Notes: generated from the sequence alone by a model not told the origin. A stretch of DNA of 64,000 nucleotides from Dehalococcoidia bacterium (GCA_965243185.1 OZ251531.1:2534532-2598531), one strand, 5' to 3'. Counted from the first letter of the stretch, positions 7,127 to 16,838 are shown. Numbers and translations: made by a program.

Positions 7127-7981
7127 TTAGAAGGGGTAGGGCTGGCCGCCGCCTACGGCCAGCACCTGGCCGGTGATGTAGGAAGCGTCGTGGGAGGCTA
7201 GAAAGGCGATGGCGGCGGCTTGTTCGTCGGCGTCGCCGCGGCGGCCCATAGGGATTTCGGAGAGGCGGGTTTCCTGCCGGTATTTTTCCTGGCGGGTCAG
7301 TTCCTCCGGTGGCAGTTCCGGGGGCGTTACGCTGATGCCGAAGTTGCGGGCGGTGACCCGGTCGTCAGCCAGGGTGCCACTGGGCGCCATACAGTTGACC
7401 CGGATGCCTTGGTCAGCTACTTCCCGGGCCAGAGAAGTGGTCAAGCCAATCTGCCCGGCTTTGGCGGCGGCGTAGGGGACGCGGAAGGCGCCGGTGACGG
7501 CGTGGGTGGCAACATTGACGATAGCCCCGGACTGCTGGTTCAGCATATAGGGCAGGACGGCGCGGCAGCACCAAAGGGCAGTCCAGAAACTTTTGTTAAT
7601 TTCGGCTTGAATCTGCTCCGGGGTGTAGTATTGGAAAGACTGGAACCAGATGGTGCCGCCGGCGACATTAGCCAATACATCAATGCGGCCATATTCGGCG
7701 TGGGCGGCGGCCATTAACGCCTGGGCGTTTTCCCATTGGGAGAGTTCGCCGAGGGCAACAATGGCGGAGCCGCCGAAGTCGCGGATTTCATCCCGCACCC
7801 GGTTGGCGGATGCGGCGACCATATCGCCGATGACGATGGCTGCGCCCTCTTGGGCCAGACGGCGGGCGGTGGCGGCGCCGATGCCTTGCCCGGCACCGGT
7901 TACTACGGCGACCTGTCCCGCAAAACGCCGGGCGCCGGCGGCCTTGCGGTCGAGGACCTTTATTGTTGGCTCATCGGGCAT
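7127..7981 (-). CDS. SDR-family oxidoreductase
   Basis: VAVVTGAGQGIGAATARRLAQEGAAIVIGD (TGxxxGIG Rossmann motif) and YAAAKAG (YxxxK) are present. Confidence 0.85.
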   Translation of the reverse strand: MPDEPTIKVLDRKAAGARRFAGQVAVVTGAGQGIGAATARRLAQEGAAIVIGDMVAASANRVRDEIRDFGGSAIVALGELSQWENAQALMAAAHAEYGRIDVLANVAGGTIWFQSFQYYTPEQIQAEINKSFWTALWCCRAVLPYMLNQQSGAIVNVATHAVTGAFRVPYAAAKAGQIGLTTSLAREVADQGIRVNCMAPSGTLADDRVTARNFGISVTPPELPPEELTRQEKYRQETRLSEIPMGRRGDADEQAAAIAFLASHDASYITGQVLAVGGGQPYPF

Positions 7982-8050
7982 TGCGCGCTCCTCTGGCGGC
8001 TGGATTGCCGGGGCCGGCAGTTCTGTCGCATTTTGGTGGTGGTGGGCGGC

Positions 8051-8239
8051 TTACCACAAGCCCAAACTCTTCATCACCTCCTCCGGTTCCCCCTCAACCA
8101 GTACGGTGGTGCCGCCTTTCAGGTGAACCTCCACAATGTGGTTGTTATCCGTCCCCTCCACCGCAGATACTTCCGCGGGGATGATAAACACATCCTCCCC
8201 CACACAACCGATAAACCTAACCGCCTTCCTTTTAACCAT
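8051..8239 (-). CDS. Small hypothetical protein (weak FlbD/SwrD-like pattern)
   Basis: A 62-aa ORF. FIIPAEVSAVEGTDNNHIVEVHLKGGTTVLVEGEPEEVMKSL loosely resembles FlbD-family proteins. The coding call rests mainly on a clean ORF between genes. Confidence 0.35.
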   Translation of the reverse strand: MVKRKAVRFIGCVGEDVFIIPAEVSAVEGTDNNHIVEVHLKGGTTVLVEGEPEEVMKSLGLW

Positions 8240-8305
8240 TGCTGCCCTCCATAGTGTCTTTCTTGCTACCCGGCCGCTGTCAACAGCGGCCGGGTAGGAT
8301 TGGGG

Positions 8306-8692
8306 TTAGCGTATGGTAATGTCCGGATAATCCGAACCGTCAACGCCGTTGACATATTCAGAACCCGTCAATTCAAGGCCGTTGCCGCACCAAAGGGCAT
8401 CCCAGTGATCGGGGCGGGTTTCCCCAGCCGCATAAAACTTAACCCGCTTGCCGTCCATAGGCGGTTCGCTGTTGGCGCAACTGGACTCTACCTCTTGCCA
8501 ATCGTAGTCACTCCGATAGATAACCGGCTCCCGACCGGATTCCCTTTCCGCCGCAAGGTAAGCGTCAACCGACGCCTGGTCTTTCAGGATGTCCTCCGCC
8601 GAGGGTGCGCCGCAGGCGATGCTCGCCACAAGGATACCGGCGATAAGGATACCGCCGGCAAGCCGGGATTTGATATGTGCCATTATTGGCAC
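8306..8692 (-). CDS. Hypothetical secreted protein or lipoprotein
   Basis: N-terminal LAGGILIAGILVASIACGAPS is a hydrophobic segment followed by Cys (lipobox-like). Confidence 0.55.
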   Translation of the reverse strand: MPIMAHIKSRLAGGILIAGILVASIACGAPSAEDILKDQASVDAYLAAERESGREPVIYRSDYDWQEVESSCANSEPPMDGKRVKFYAAGETRPDHWDALWCGNGLELTGSEYVNGVDGSDYPDITIR

Positions 8693-8800
8693 CTCCTAAA
8701 AAATTGCCTGCAAGCGATGGCGCCGATTATGGGCAATCCCTTAACAGGGCAATCCCTAATGTCTGGCTCCATCAGACGCTTACCAGTATAGTGGGGCCGG

Positions 8801-9880
8801 CTACTTGAAGGCCGGCATTACTTCCTGGGTCAGCAGTTGCAGGCTGCGGTGGACGGCGGCTTTGGGCAGCATACCGCCGGGGTTCAGTTCGGCGGTGAAT
8901 CCGGTCAAGCCGAGCATTTCCTGATACTGACGCAGGCGGTCGATGACCCGCTCCGGGCTGCCGACGATTACCTTGGTTTCAAGGATGTCATCGTAGGTCA
9001 TTTTTTCCAGCCGATCGAGGCGGGCGCGGCGGGCTTCAATCTGTTCGGCGCCGCCGCTGGTATCGGACAAGGCTTCCTCAAAGCGTCCCTGCTGAAAGCG
9101 TTCCCGCATCCGCCGGAAGTAGCTTTCGATAGTTTCCCGGGGTTCCGCAATAGCGTCCTCCTCCCGGGGCGCGACATAGAGGGGGAAACGGACGGAGATG
9201 TCGCCGCTGGCGCCGGGATGGCCGGCAGCGCGCCAAGCCTGATGGTAGGATTTAAGGTTGGTTTCCAGTTCATAGACATCCATTCCGCGCATGGACAGGA
9301 AAATGGGAAAGCCGAGGTTGCCGACCCGGGCGAAGCTGTCGCCGCCGCTGGAGGCGATGCGGATTTTGGGATGGGGCTTCTGGTAAGGCAGGGGCGTCAG
9401 GCGGGCGTTGGTGATGTGATTGTATTTGCCTTCGTAGGAAAAGGGTTCGCCGCGCCAAGCTTGCAGGATGATTTCGAGGGCTTCCTGAAAGCGTTCCCGG
9501 CTTTCGAGGTAGTCGATGCCCATCGTATCGTAGGCGCGGATGTTGCCGCTGCGGCCGACGCCGAATTCAAAGCGGCCCTGGCTGATTTGGTCCACGGTGG
9601 CGGCTTCCTCGGCAATTCGCAGGGGATGGACTAAGGGCAGGACGTGGACGGCAGAGCCGACGCGGATCTGCTGGGTGCGGGCGGCGATGGCGGCAGCGAT
9701 GACCATTTGGGCGGAATGGACGGCGCGTTCCGGGGCGAAGTGGGTTTCGCCGAGCCAGACGGTATCCAACCCCAAGTAGTCGGCTAAATCGACCAGCTCA
9801 AAGGTGTTGCGAAAGGCATCCTCGTGGGTGTCGCCTTGATGGACGGGGAAGTCGAGGAATACGCCAAAATCCAAGGGCAT
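8801..9880 (-). CDS. LLM-class flavin/F420-dependent oxidoreductase (luciferase-like)
   Basis: MPLDFGVFLDFPV...LADYLGLDTVWLGETHF and RFEFGVGRSG are luciferase-like monooxygenase signatures. Confidence 0.8.
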   Translation of the reverse strand: MPLDFGVFLDFPVHQGDTHEDAFRNTFELVDLADYLGLDTVWLGETHFAPERAVHSAQMVIAAAIAARTQQIRVGSAVHVLPLVHPLRIAEEAATVDQISQGRFEFGVGRSGNIRAYDTMGIDYLESRERFQEALEIILQAWRGEPFSYEGKYNHITNARLTPLPYQKPHPKIRIASSGGDSFARVGNLGFPIFLSMRGMDVYELETNLKSYHQAWRAAGHPGASGDISVRFPLYVAPREEDAIAEPRETIESYFRRMRERFQQGRFEEALSDTSGGAEQIEARRARLDRLEKMTYDDILETKVIVGSPERVIDRLRQYQEMLGLTGFTAELNPGGMLPKAAVHRSLQLLTQEVMPAFK

Positions 9881-10011
9881 AGGGCTAACTCCGGGGGCAG
9901 GATGGGGTTACGGTGGCTTTGGGGCGGCATTTTATACCGGCGCAAGGATGGGGGCAAATCCGGGGGCGATAACGGGACGGGCAACGGTAGCCGCCGTCCG
10001 TCCCGCCGGGT

Positions 10012-10830
10012 TTAAGCAGGCAAGTCCCAACCCAGCCAGTTGCAGAGGGCGCGGCCCATAATCAGCTCTTTGTCCGTTTCCGAAAGCCAGGGCAGTTCCT
10101 CGGTAAAGAGGGTGATGCACTGTTTCCACGAGCAGGGCATTCGGGTGATGTCCGTTCCCCAAAACATTCGCTCCGGGCCGAAGGCGTCATAGACTTGGTG
10201 GAGGTAGTCGTGGATGTTGGCGAAGGGGTAGGCTTGGCTGGAGTAGCTGGGGGCGCCGGTGGCTTTGACGGCGACATTGGGGTATTGGGCGAGGGCGAGC
10301 AGGTCGGGGAGATTGGCCCACGCCGCTTCATCGGTAGCCGCGCCGCCGCGGCCGAAGTGGTCAACGATGAGTTTAACGCCGGGATTGCCCTCGGCAATGG
10401 GGCCGAGGGCGGGCAGAAAGGCGGAGCAAGCCAAGGCGACCGGCAAGCCGGCATCAGCGGCGGCCGGCCACAGCCAATCCATCGTGCCATCGGTGGGCCA
10501 GGTCAGCATATAGGGCTGCTGAAAGGTAAAGCGCAAGCCCAACATTCCCGGCTGCTGTTTCCAGTCGGCGACCAGGGCGCGGCTTTCCGGTTGATCGAGG
10601 GGGAAGTTGCCCAGCACGGACAGGCGGTTGGGATATTGGGCGGCGGCGTCCACCGCCAGTTGGCCGGAGTTGGGATCCCAGCCCGGGGGGTGGATGATGG
10701 CGGCGTCCACGCCGGCTTCGTCCATTTCCCGCAGCAGGTCGGTTACGGAAAAGGAAGTAATTTGGCGGTGGGCCGGATTGGTGGGCAGCCCGGTAGCCCA
10801 GAGATGAACCTGGGCGTCAACGATTAGCAT
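10012..10830 (-). CDS. Amidohydrolase-2 family metal-dependent hydrolase
   Basis: From the ATG at 10830: MLIVDAQVHLW...AAIIHPPGWD...LIVDHFG...MFWGTDITR. This is the TIM-barrel amidohydrolase pattern. The upstream extension of the ORF looks non-coding. Confidence 0.75.
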   Translation of the reverse strand: MLIVDAQVHLWATGLPTNPAHRQITSFSVTDLLREMDEAGVDAAIIHPPGWDPNSGQLAVDAAAQYPNRLSVLGNFPLDQPESRALVADWKQQPGMLGLRFTFQQPYMLTWPTDGTMDWLWPAAADAGLPVALACSAFLPALGPIAEGNPGVKLIVDHFGRGGAATDEAAWANLPDLLALAQYPNVAVKATGAPSYSSQAYPFANIHDYLHQVYDAFGPERMFWGTDITRMPCSWKQCITLFTEELPWLSETDKELIMGRALCNWLGWDLPA

Positions 10831-10948
10831 AGCCTGCTCCTTTGGGGGCGGTGTAAGGCGGTTCGCCCGGTAGGTTTTTGCCGGTGGGAAAGGGGGATTA
10901 TACACTATTTCTACCGGCAGGGGGGAGCGGGCTATGGCAGAACGGCGG

Positions 10949-12532
10949 CTAGCCGACCAGCATTTTGTCTTGGGTGTCGCCGACGAGGGAGCGGGGGTCA
11001 ACGGGCGGCAATACCGGCCGTTCTGCCTGTTGCAGCATTTCCTGGACGCTCAGCACTTGCATTTTGGGATATTCCTGCCGGCCGCCGTCCCGGGTATTGA
11101 GAGTTACCCGTCCCTGTTCAGCGGCGAAAACCCGCAGGGATGGCGGCGGCGGGTACAGGCTGACCATTATCGACATGGGGGCGTGCAGTCCCCGGTTCTG
11201 CATGGCCGTTTGGGCGCCAAGCAATTGGTCCAGATCGGGGCGGCCGATGGCGTTACGGTGCATCTTTACTTGCATCGGGATGATTATGCCCTCGTTGCAG
11301 TCCAGGTCGATGGCGCCGAAATAGCGGGCGTCAACCCCGCCATCGCCGGTTTTCTGCTGGTTGGGGACGGCGTTAAGCAGAGCGGCTATTTTGTCCTCAG
11401 CCCAAGCCCAGCCCGGCACGCCATCGGCGGCTTGTCCGCGCGGCATTAAGGCGCGTTCCTCGAAATGCTCCCAATTAAAGTCGTCCCAATCGAGTCCGTA
11501 CACCGTCGGCACAAAGCCTTGGCCCCGGGATTCCAGCCGCTGCTGCATTACCCGCACGGCAATGCCGCTGGTGTCGATGCCGAGGTACTTGCGGCTCAGC
11601 TCAGCTGCGGCGTCCGCGGTCGTGCCGCAGCCGCAAAAGGGATCCAACACCAGATCGCCCGGATTGGACGACGCTTCGATGATTCGATCCAGCAAGGCTA
11701 ACGGCTTTTGCGTGGGATAGCCGACGATTTCCTCACCGTAAGGGCGGGGAATGCTGCGCCACCAGTCCTCGACGACTTTGCCTTTGGGGTTAGGCTTGTA
11801 GGTCTTGCCCGGCGCGCGGGTATCATCGCCGGCAAAGACGGTGGACTTGTAGTCGGAGTCGTAAGGAATCCGCACCCGCTCTTTGTTAAAGAGGTAATCT
11901 TTGGTTTTGCTGTAGCGGAAAATAGTATCGTGCTTCCGGGGGAAGTCTTTTTTAGGCTGACCGCCGCCGGAGTAGCACCAGACAATTTCATTGCGGAAAT
12001 TGTCCGCGCCAAAAACGGTATCCAGCAAAATCCGCAGGTAGGCGTTGGCGTGGGGGTCGCAATGGAGATAGATACTCCCGGTAGGTTTCAAGACCCGATG
12101 GAGTTCCCGCAAGCGGCCGGCCATAAAGACGGCATAGGCGGCCATGGGGGATTTATCTCCGGCTTGCAGGCGGATACCGCGCAGGCAATCCAGCAACTTC
12201 CCGTGGGGGAAACGCTGAAAGGCGTTCTCAGTCGCCACATTCCAGCGCCAGATGTCCCGCAGTTGGGCTTCCACCCGGCCTTTGTCGCGAAAGGCGGCCA
12301 CATAAAAGTGGTTGCCGTTAAAGGGCGGGTCAAGGTAAATGAGGTCAACGCTTTCGTCCGGGAGTTCGCGGAGGACTTGCAGATTGTCGCCGTGAACCAG
12401 CACTTGGCCGGCCAGGTAGCGGTGGGCCGGCTCCATAGCAGCGAGGGCTTCGGCCACGCGGGCATCAATCCACGCCCGGTCGGCCGGGGTGAAATGCTTG
12501 GTAAGTTCGCGGTACGGGTAATGTCCGCTCAT
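10949..12532 (-). CDS. Beta-class DNA methyltransferase fused to a C-terminal Mrr-cat-like restriction-endonuclease domain
   Basis: LIYLDPPFNGN (motif IV), GYPTQKPLALLDRIIE and VLDPFCGCGTTADAAAELSRKYLGIDTS (motif I) are present. The C-terminal GDGGVDARYFG...IIPMQVKMHRNAIGRPDLDQLLG resembles the D...(Q/E)xK Mrr catalytic core. Confidence 0.75.
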   Translation of the reverse strand: MSGHYPYRELTKHFTPADRAWIDARVAEALAAMEPAHRYLAGQVLVHGDNLQVLRELPDESVDLIYLDPPFNGNHFYVAAFRDKGRVEAQLRDIWRWNVATENAFQRFPHGKLLDCLRGIRLQAGDKSPMAAYAVFMAGRLRELHRVLKPTGSIYLHCDPHANAYLRILLDTVFGADNFRNEIVWCYSGGGQPKKDFPRKHDTIFRYSKTKDYLFNKERVRIPYDSDYKSTVFAGDDTRAPGKTYKPNPKGKVVEDWWRSIPRPYGEEIVGYPTQKPLALLDRIIEASSNPGDLVLDPFCGCGTTADAAAELSRKYLGIDTSGIAVRVMQQRLESRGQGFVPTVYGLDWDDFNWEHFEERALMPRGQAADGVPGWAWAEDKIAALLNAVPNQQKTGDGGVDARYFGAIDLDCNEGIIIPMQVKMHRNAIGRPDLDQLLGAQTAMQNRGLHAPMSIMVSLYPPPPSLRVFAAEQGRVTLNTRDGGRQEYPKMQVLSVQEMLQQAERPVLPPVDPRSLVGDTQDKMLVG

Positions 12533-12921
12533 CCGATTAAACCCTCCCGGCGTAGTATCGCCAAGTGTTCGTCATAGAGGTCGTCGGCTTGGCGGACAAA
12601 ACGCGGGTAAAAGCGGTCGTTCCCGGTCTTGTCGCCGCCGATAATCAAAATAGCCGACCGCCGCGGGTCAAAGGCGCAAAAGATACGCAACGGGCGGCCG
12701 CCGCTTTGTACCCGCAATTCCCGCATATTGCTATGGCGGGAACTGCGAATTCCAGAGGAATGGGGAAAGTCCAAATTCGGGCCTCTTCTCCCCAGGAGAT
12801 CAACACCGAAGTCAACGGAACGCTGCTCCGCCAGTGTAAGGTCATCCCACCACTGACTGAACTGGTCAGTGTATTCTACATCCCAAACATAAGGGGACTC
12901 CGCGCCGCCCATCATTGCCAT
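12529..12921 (-). CDS. RelE/ParE-superfamily (HigB-like) toxin
   Basis: WDVEYTDQFSQWWDDL...LGRRGPNLDFPHSSGIRSSRHSNMRELRVQSGGRPLRIFCAFDPRRSAILIIGGDKTGNDRFY...ADDLYDEHL matches the actinobacterial RelE/ParE toxin pattern. Its stop overlaps the methylase ATG (ATGA). Confidence 0.75.
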   Translation of the reverse strand: MAMMGGAESPYVWDVEYTDQFSQWWDDLTLAEQRSVDFGVDLLGRRGPNLDFPHSSGIRSSRHSNMRELRVQSGGRPLRIFCAFDPRRSAILIIGGDKTGNDRFYPRFVRQADDLYDEHLAILRREGLIG

Positions 12922-13160
12922 TGCTGCTATTGTCCCGGATTATTGGGGTTTAGTCAACGGGGTTGGCAACAGCCGGCAAGCAAACTCCGCTGACCGCATA
13001 CTGTATCCGGCGGCGAGTTCAGGAGGGGCAGAAAAGAGCGGGGTTATTTCCGGATGCCGCCGGCGGATGGGGCATTGCGGCAACTTCCAGCGTAAGGGTT
13101 GGGATGGGGAAAGGGGGCAACCATCACGGTTGCCCCCAAGATTTTTCCGGGCGGTCGGGA

Positions 13161-13490
13161 CTAGGTTACGGCAACGCCGCGCTCGGTGAGCTTGTCCGGG
13201 GTCGCCACTTCGTAGAGTTCCAGGACATACTCGTCGAGGAGGGCCTGCAACTGGGGGTTATACTCCAGGACCGCCGGGGGGATTTGGGAGAACCAGTTGG
13301 GTTCGATGGCGTCCTGCGTCCACTCGGCATAGACGGAGTTGGGGGTGCCGGGCAGACCCTGGCCGCCGATGTAGACCGTGGCCTTGCTGCGCCCCTTTTC
13401 CTCGTACGCCTGACAAATGCGGGCCAGCAGGCCGGCTACTTTCCACGCCTGCCCCGGCTTGGTTCGGCAAACCCGCCGTACCATATACAT
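13161..13490 (-). CDS. Small hypothetical protein (about 109 aa)
   Basis: An ATG at 13490 follows an AAAGGAGG RBS. The upstream part of the 254-aa ORF is Ala/Ser-rich antisense to the SDR gene and is discounted. Confidence 0.5.
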   Translation of the reverse strand: MYMVRRVCRTKPGQAWKVAGLLARICQAYEEKGRSKATVYIGGQGLPGTPNSVYAEWTQDAIEPNWFSQIPPAVLEYNPQLQALLDEYVLELYEVATPDKLTERGVAVT

Positions 13491-13653
13491 AAGGGAGCCT
13501 CCTTTGGGTAAGATGGGGGCATTATATAGCACGGCAGCCCTTTTTGCCAGACCCGTATTGCCGCCAATAGGCAGCGGTAGCATAATGGCGGCAAAACCGG
13601 CGGGAGCCGCCGGGCAAAGGCCGCCGGGTAAATAAGGGCGGATTAAGGAGCGG

Positions 13654-14400
13654 ATGATGGAATTGACCGGAAAGACAGCGTTAGTTACCGGGGCGGGCCG
13701 CAACATTGGGCGGGCGATTGCCCTGGCGTTGGCTGCGGAAGGCGCGGATGTGGTGGTAAATGTGCGCGCCAATGCGGCCGATGGCGAGACGGTGGCGGCG
13801 GAAATCGCCGCGCTGGGCCGGCAGTCGCTGGCTTTGCTGGCGGATGTGGGCGACCGGGCGGCGTTGGAGCAGCTGCTGGATACCGCCCTGGAGCGGTTCG
13901 GGCGGCTGGACATTGTGGTGAACAATGCCTCGGTGCGGCCGCATAAGCCCTTTACCGAAATGACTTATGACGATTGGCGGGGAGTGCTGGCTACGGACCT
14001 GGATGCAGCTTTTATCACGGCCCGGGCCGCCGCGCCGGGGATGATTGAGCAGGGTTGGGGGCGCATTGTGAACATCGGCGGTTTGCAAGCCCATCAGGGT
14101 ACGCACGGCGGGGCGCATATTTCGGCGGCTAAAGTGGGATTGGAAGGCTTTACCCGGGCCTTGGCTACGGAACTGGGGCCGCAAGGCATCCGGGTCAACT
14201 GCGTTGTGCCGGGGATGATTGACACTACCCGGGAGGGGGCGACGACGACGCGCGCGGCTAACCGGCTGGCCGGGATTCCGTCCGGGCGGATGGGGCATAC
14301 CGCCGACATTGCCAATTTGTGCCGCTTTCTCTGCACCGCTGCCGGCGACTACATCAGCGGCCAGACGATTCATGTCAACGGCGGGGAACGGGGGTATTAG
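13654..14400 (+). CDS. SDR-family oxidoreductase (FabG-like)
   Basis: KTALVTGAGRNIGRAIALALAAEGADVVV, NNAS, SAAKVG (YxxxK variant) and PGMIDT are present. Confidence 0.85.
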   Translation: MMELTGKTALVTGAGRNIGRAIALALAAEGADVVVNVRANAADGETVAAEIAALGRQSLALLADVGDRAALEQLLDTALERFGRLDIVVNNASVRPHKPFTEMTYDDWRGVLATDLDAAFITARAAAPGMIEQGWGRIVNIGGLQAHQGTHGGAHISAAKVGLEGFTRALATELGPQGIRVNCVVPGMIDTTREGATTTRAANRLAGIPSGRMGHTADIANLCRFLCTAAGDYISGQTIHVNGGERGY

Positions 14401-14464
14401 CCGGCCGCTGTGCTATAATTCCGGGGAGGATGCCCTAACCTGTGCAGCTTACGGGAGGTCAGCA

Positions 14465-14926
14465 ATGGCAACGCAAACTATGGCACCGTCCCAAGCAATC
14501 CAAGCCGCCCAAGCCGTGGCCCAACCTTTGGTGACCATCACGGCGATGGACCATATCGTCCTGCGGGTGCGGGATGTGGAGGAATCGCTGCGGTTCTATT
14601 CGCAGCTGCTGGGTCTGCCCACGGAACGGGTTTCCCAGTGGCGGGCCGGGGAGATTCGGTTTCCGTCGGTGCGATTGAACGCCGACACCATCATTGACCT
14701 GTTTGCCAGCGACCAGGAGCCGATTGGCAAGGAGGGGCGGCGCAATCAGGATCATTTCTGTATGGTGATTGCGGCGACGGATATGGAGCGGCTCAAGGCG
14801 GATTTTGAGGCGTTGGGCGTGGGGATCCAAGCCGGGCCGGGCAAGCGGTGGGGCGCCCACGGCGATGGCATTTCCCTTTACATCTATGACCCGGATGACA
14901 ATGTGGTGGAGCTGCGGCACTATTAA
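14465..14926 (+). CDS. VOC/glyoxalase-family protein
   Basis: MDHIVLRVRDVEESLRFYSQLLGL...DHFCMVI...SLYIYDPDDNVVELRHY is present. TGCTATAAT lies at 14411-14419 upstream. Confidence 0.8.
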   Translation: MATQTMAPSQAIQAAQAVAQPLVTITAMDHIVLRVRDVEESLRFYSQLLGLPTERVSQWRAGEIRFPSVRLNADTIIDLFASDQEPIGKEGRRNQDHFCMVIAATDMERLKADFEALGVGIQAGPGKRWGAHGDGISLYIYDPDDNVVELRHY

Positions 14927-15003
14927 GCCGCCAGTCAATCAGGGCGGGAGCGGCGGCCGTTGCTCCCGCCCTAATGGAACGCCAGAGGGCAAAGGAGTAG
15001 GCG

Positions 15004-15273
15004 ATGCCGGACAACGGTTTTACGACTAAAGAGGTAGTGGCCCGGGGCAAGGAAATCTACCGGGAGCAAATCCAGGAGCTGGTGGAACCCCAGGAGAAGG
15101 GGAAGTTCATAGCCATCGACATCTTGACCGGGGACTACGCGGTTGACGCGGAGCATATCGGCGCCGTCCGACTGCTGCGGAAACGGCGGCCGGATGCGGA
15201 GATGTATGTCGGAAAGGTAGGCTACCCGTCGGCCTATCAGTTCCGGCGGCCTTTTAGCGTCCCTAATGATTAG
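15004..15273 (+). CDS. Small DUF5678-like protein (second copy of the module)
   Basis: QEKGKFIAIDILTGDYAVDAEHIGAVRLLRKRRPDAEMYVGKVGYP shows the same pattern as 6369-6617. It overlaps the downstream gene by 8 nt. Confidence 0.55.
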   Translation: MPDNGFTTKEVVARGKEIYREQIQELVEPQEKGKFIAIDILTGDYAVDAEHIGAVRLLRKRRPDAEMYVGKVGYPSAYQFRRPFSVPND

Positions 15274-15637
15274 GGGCCGGGTGGATTTCACCCTGGAGGC
15301 GGTGGTTGTCGTTCCGGTAAGGGACAGCAACGGGCAGTTTCGGCCGGTTGAGTTTATTATCGACACCGGGTTTGACGGCTACCTGAGCTTGCCCCTGGAG
15401 CGGATTCAGCAGCTGGAGGGGGAGCCGGCAGGTAAAATCGGCGTTACTTTTGGCAACGGGCAGACGGAGGAATGGAATAGTTGGCTATGCCGTATCCTTT
15501 GGCACGACCGGCCGCGGGAGGTGGCGGTTTTCGAGTCCCGGGGCGATGCTCTGATCGGGATGGCATTGCTGGAACACAGCGCAGTTAGCATACAAGTCCG
15601 CACTGACGGGGCGGTGGTGATTGAGGAGTTGGGCTAA
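15266..15637 (+). CDS. Retropepsin-like (clan AA) aspartic protease, second copy
   Basis: VEFIIDTGFDGYLSLP (DTG motif) and ALIGMALLEH are present. Confidence 0.65.
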   Translation: MIRGRVDFTLEAVVVVPVRDSNGQFRPVEFIIDTGFDGYLSLPLERIQQLEGEPAGKIGVTFGNGQTEEWNSWLCRILWHDRPREVAVFESRGDALIGMALLEHSAVSIQVRTDGAVVIEELG

Positions 15638-15800
15638 TCTCTTAATCATTTTCCCGACTCTGTCGGCCGCCGCAGCTGTGCGCTATCCTGACTAGGCTAA
15701 CGGATAACTACTATCGGGTCGACTTGCAACCCTCATCTTACTCTCGCAAATGTGCTATCCTGTCCCAACATCCCATCCTACCCCCAAAGGAGGCCCCGTT

Positions 15801-16823
15801 ATGCCTTTCGGCGGCAATGACTGGCTGGAACTGACCCAAGAGGAGACGCTGGAACCGGATTTGCCCATCTGCGACCCCCATCACCACTTTTGGGACTTGC
15901 GGCCGGAGCGGCTGCCCTATCAGCGTTACCTGCTGCACGAACTGGCGGCGGATATTAATGCCGGCCACAATGTCCGCTCCACGGTGTTTATCGAGGCGCG
16001 GGCAATGTACCGGGCGGAGGGGCCGGAGGAACTGCGGCCGGTGGGCGAAGTGGAGTTTGTGCAGGGGTTGGCGGCGGCTAGCGGCAGCGGCCTTTACGGC
16101 CCGGGCCGGGCGGCGGCCGCCATCATCGGCCACGCCAACCTGAACCTGGGCGCAGCGGTGGCTCCGGTCTTGGACGCCCTGCAAGCCGCCAGCCCCAACC
16201 GCTTCCGCGGCATCCGCCATTCCGTAACTTGGGATCCGCACCCGGAAGTGGAAAACACAGCGGCGCACAATATGCCGGGACAACTGGCATCCGATAACTT
16301 CCGGGCCGGGGCGAAAATCCTGGCGCAGCGCGGCTTGACTTTGGAGGGTTGGCTTTACTTTCCGCAACTGCCGGAATTGGCTGACTTCGCTAAAGCCGTG
16401 CCGGATTTGACCATTATCCTGAACCATATCGGCGGCCTGCTGCGGGTCGGCCCCTATGCCGGGCGGGAGGAGGAAGTGATGGGGCAATGGCGGGCCGGAA
16501 TTGCCGCCGTAGCCGCCTGCCCTAATGTAGTCTGCAAGTTGGGCGGCGTCGGGATGCCGCGCACCGGCTTTGACTGGCATCTCCGCGACCGGCCCATCGG
16601 GTCTGAGGAACTGGCGGCGGAGCTGGCGCCGCTGCTGCACTACTGCATTGAGCAGTTCGGGCCGGAGCGGTGTATGTTCGAGAGCAACTTCCCGGTGGAC
16701 AAGGTTTCCTATTCCCACCATATCCTTTACAACGCTTTCAAGCGGCTGTCGGCGGGCTATTCGGCGGCGGAACGGGCGGGAATGTTCCACGATAACGCGG
16801 CGCGGGTTTATGGGATAGCCTAG
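15801..16823 (+). CDS. Amidohydrolase-2 family metal-dependent hydrolase
   Basis: An ATG at 15801 follows an AAAGGAGG RBS. ICDPHHHFWD...IILNHIGG...MFESNFPVDK is present. Confidence 0.8.
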   Translation: MPFGGNDWLELTQEETLEPDLPICDPHHHFWDLRPERLPYQRYLLHELAADINAGHNVRSTVFIEARAMYRAEGPEELRPVGEVEFVQGLAAASGSGLYGPGRAAAAIIGHANLNLGAAVAPVLDALQAASPNRFRGIRHSVTWDPHPEVENTAAHNMPGQLASDNFRAGAKILAQRGLTLEGWLYFPQLPELADFAKAVPDLTIILNHIGGLLRVGPYAGREEEVMGQWRAGIAAVAACPNVVCKLGGVGMPRTGFDWHLRDRPIGSEELAAELAPLLHYCIEQFGPERCMFESNFPVDKVSYSHHILYNAFKRLSAGYSAAERAGMFHDNAARVYGIA

Positions 16824-16838
16824 CGCGGCGCGGCGGAT

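Noticed and set aside
13491-13925. N-terminal 145 aa of the 254-aa ORF 13161-13925(-)
   Set aside because: This part is Ala/Ser/Arg-rich and lies antisense to the SDR gene at 13654-14400. An internal ATG at 13490 with an AAAGGAGG RBS gives a sensible 109-aa product instead.
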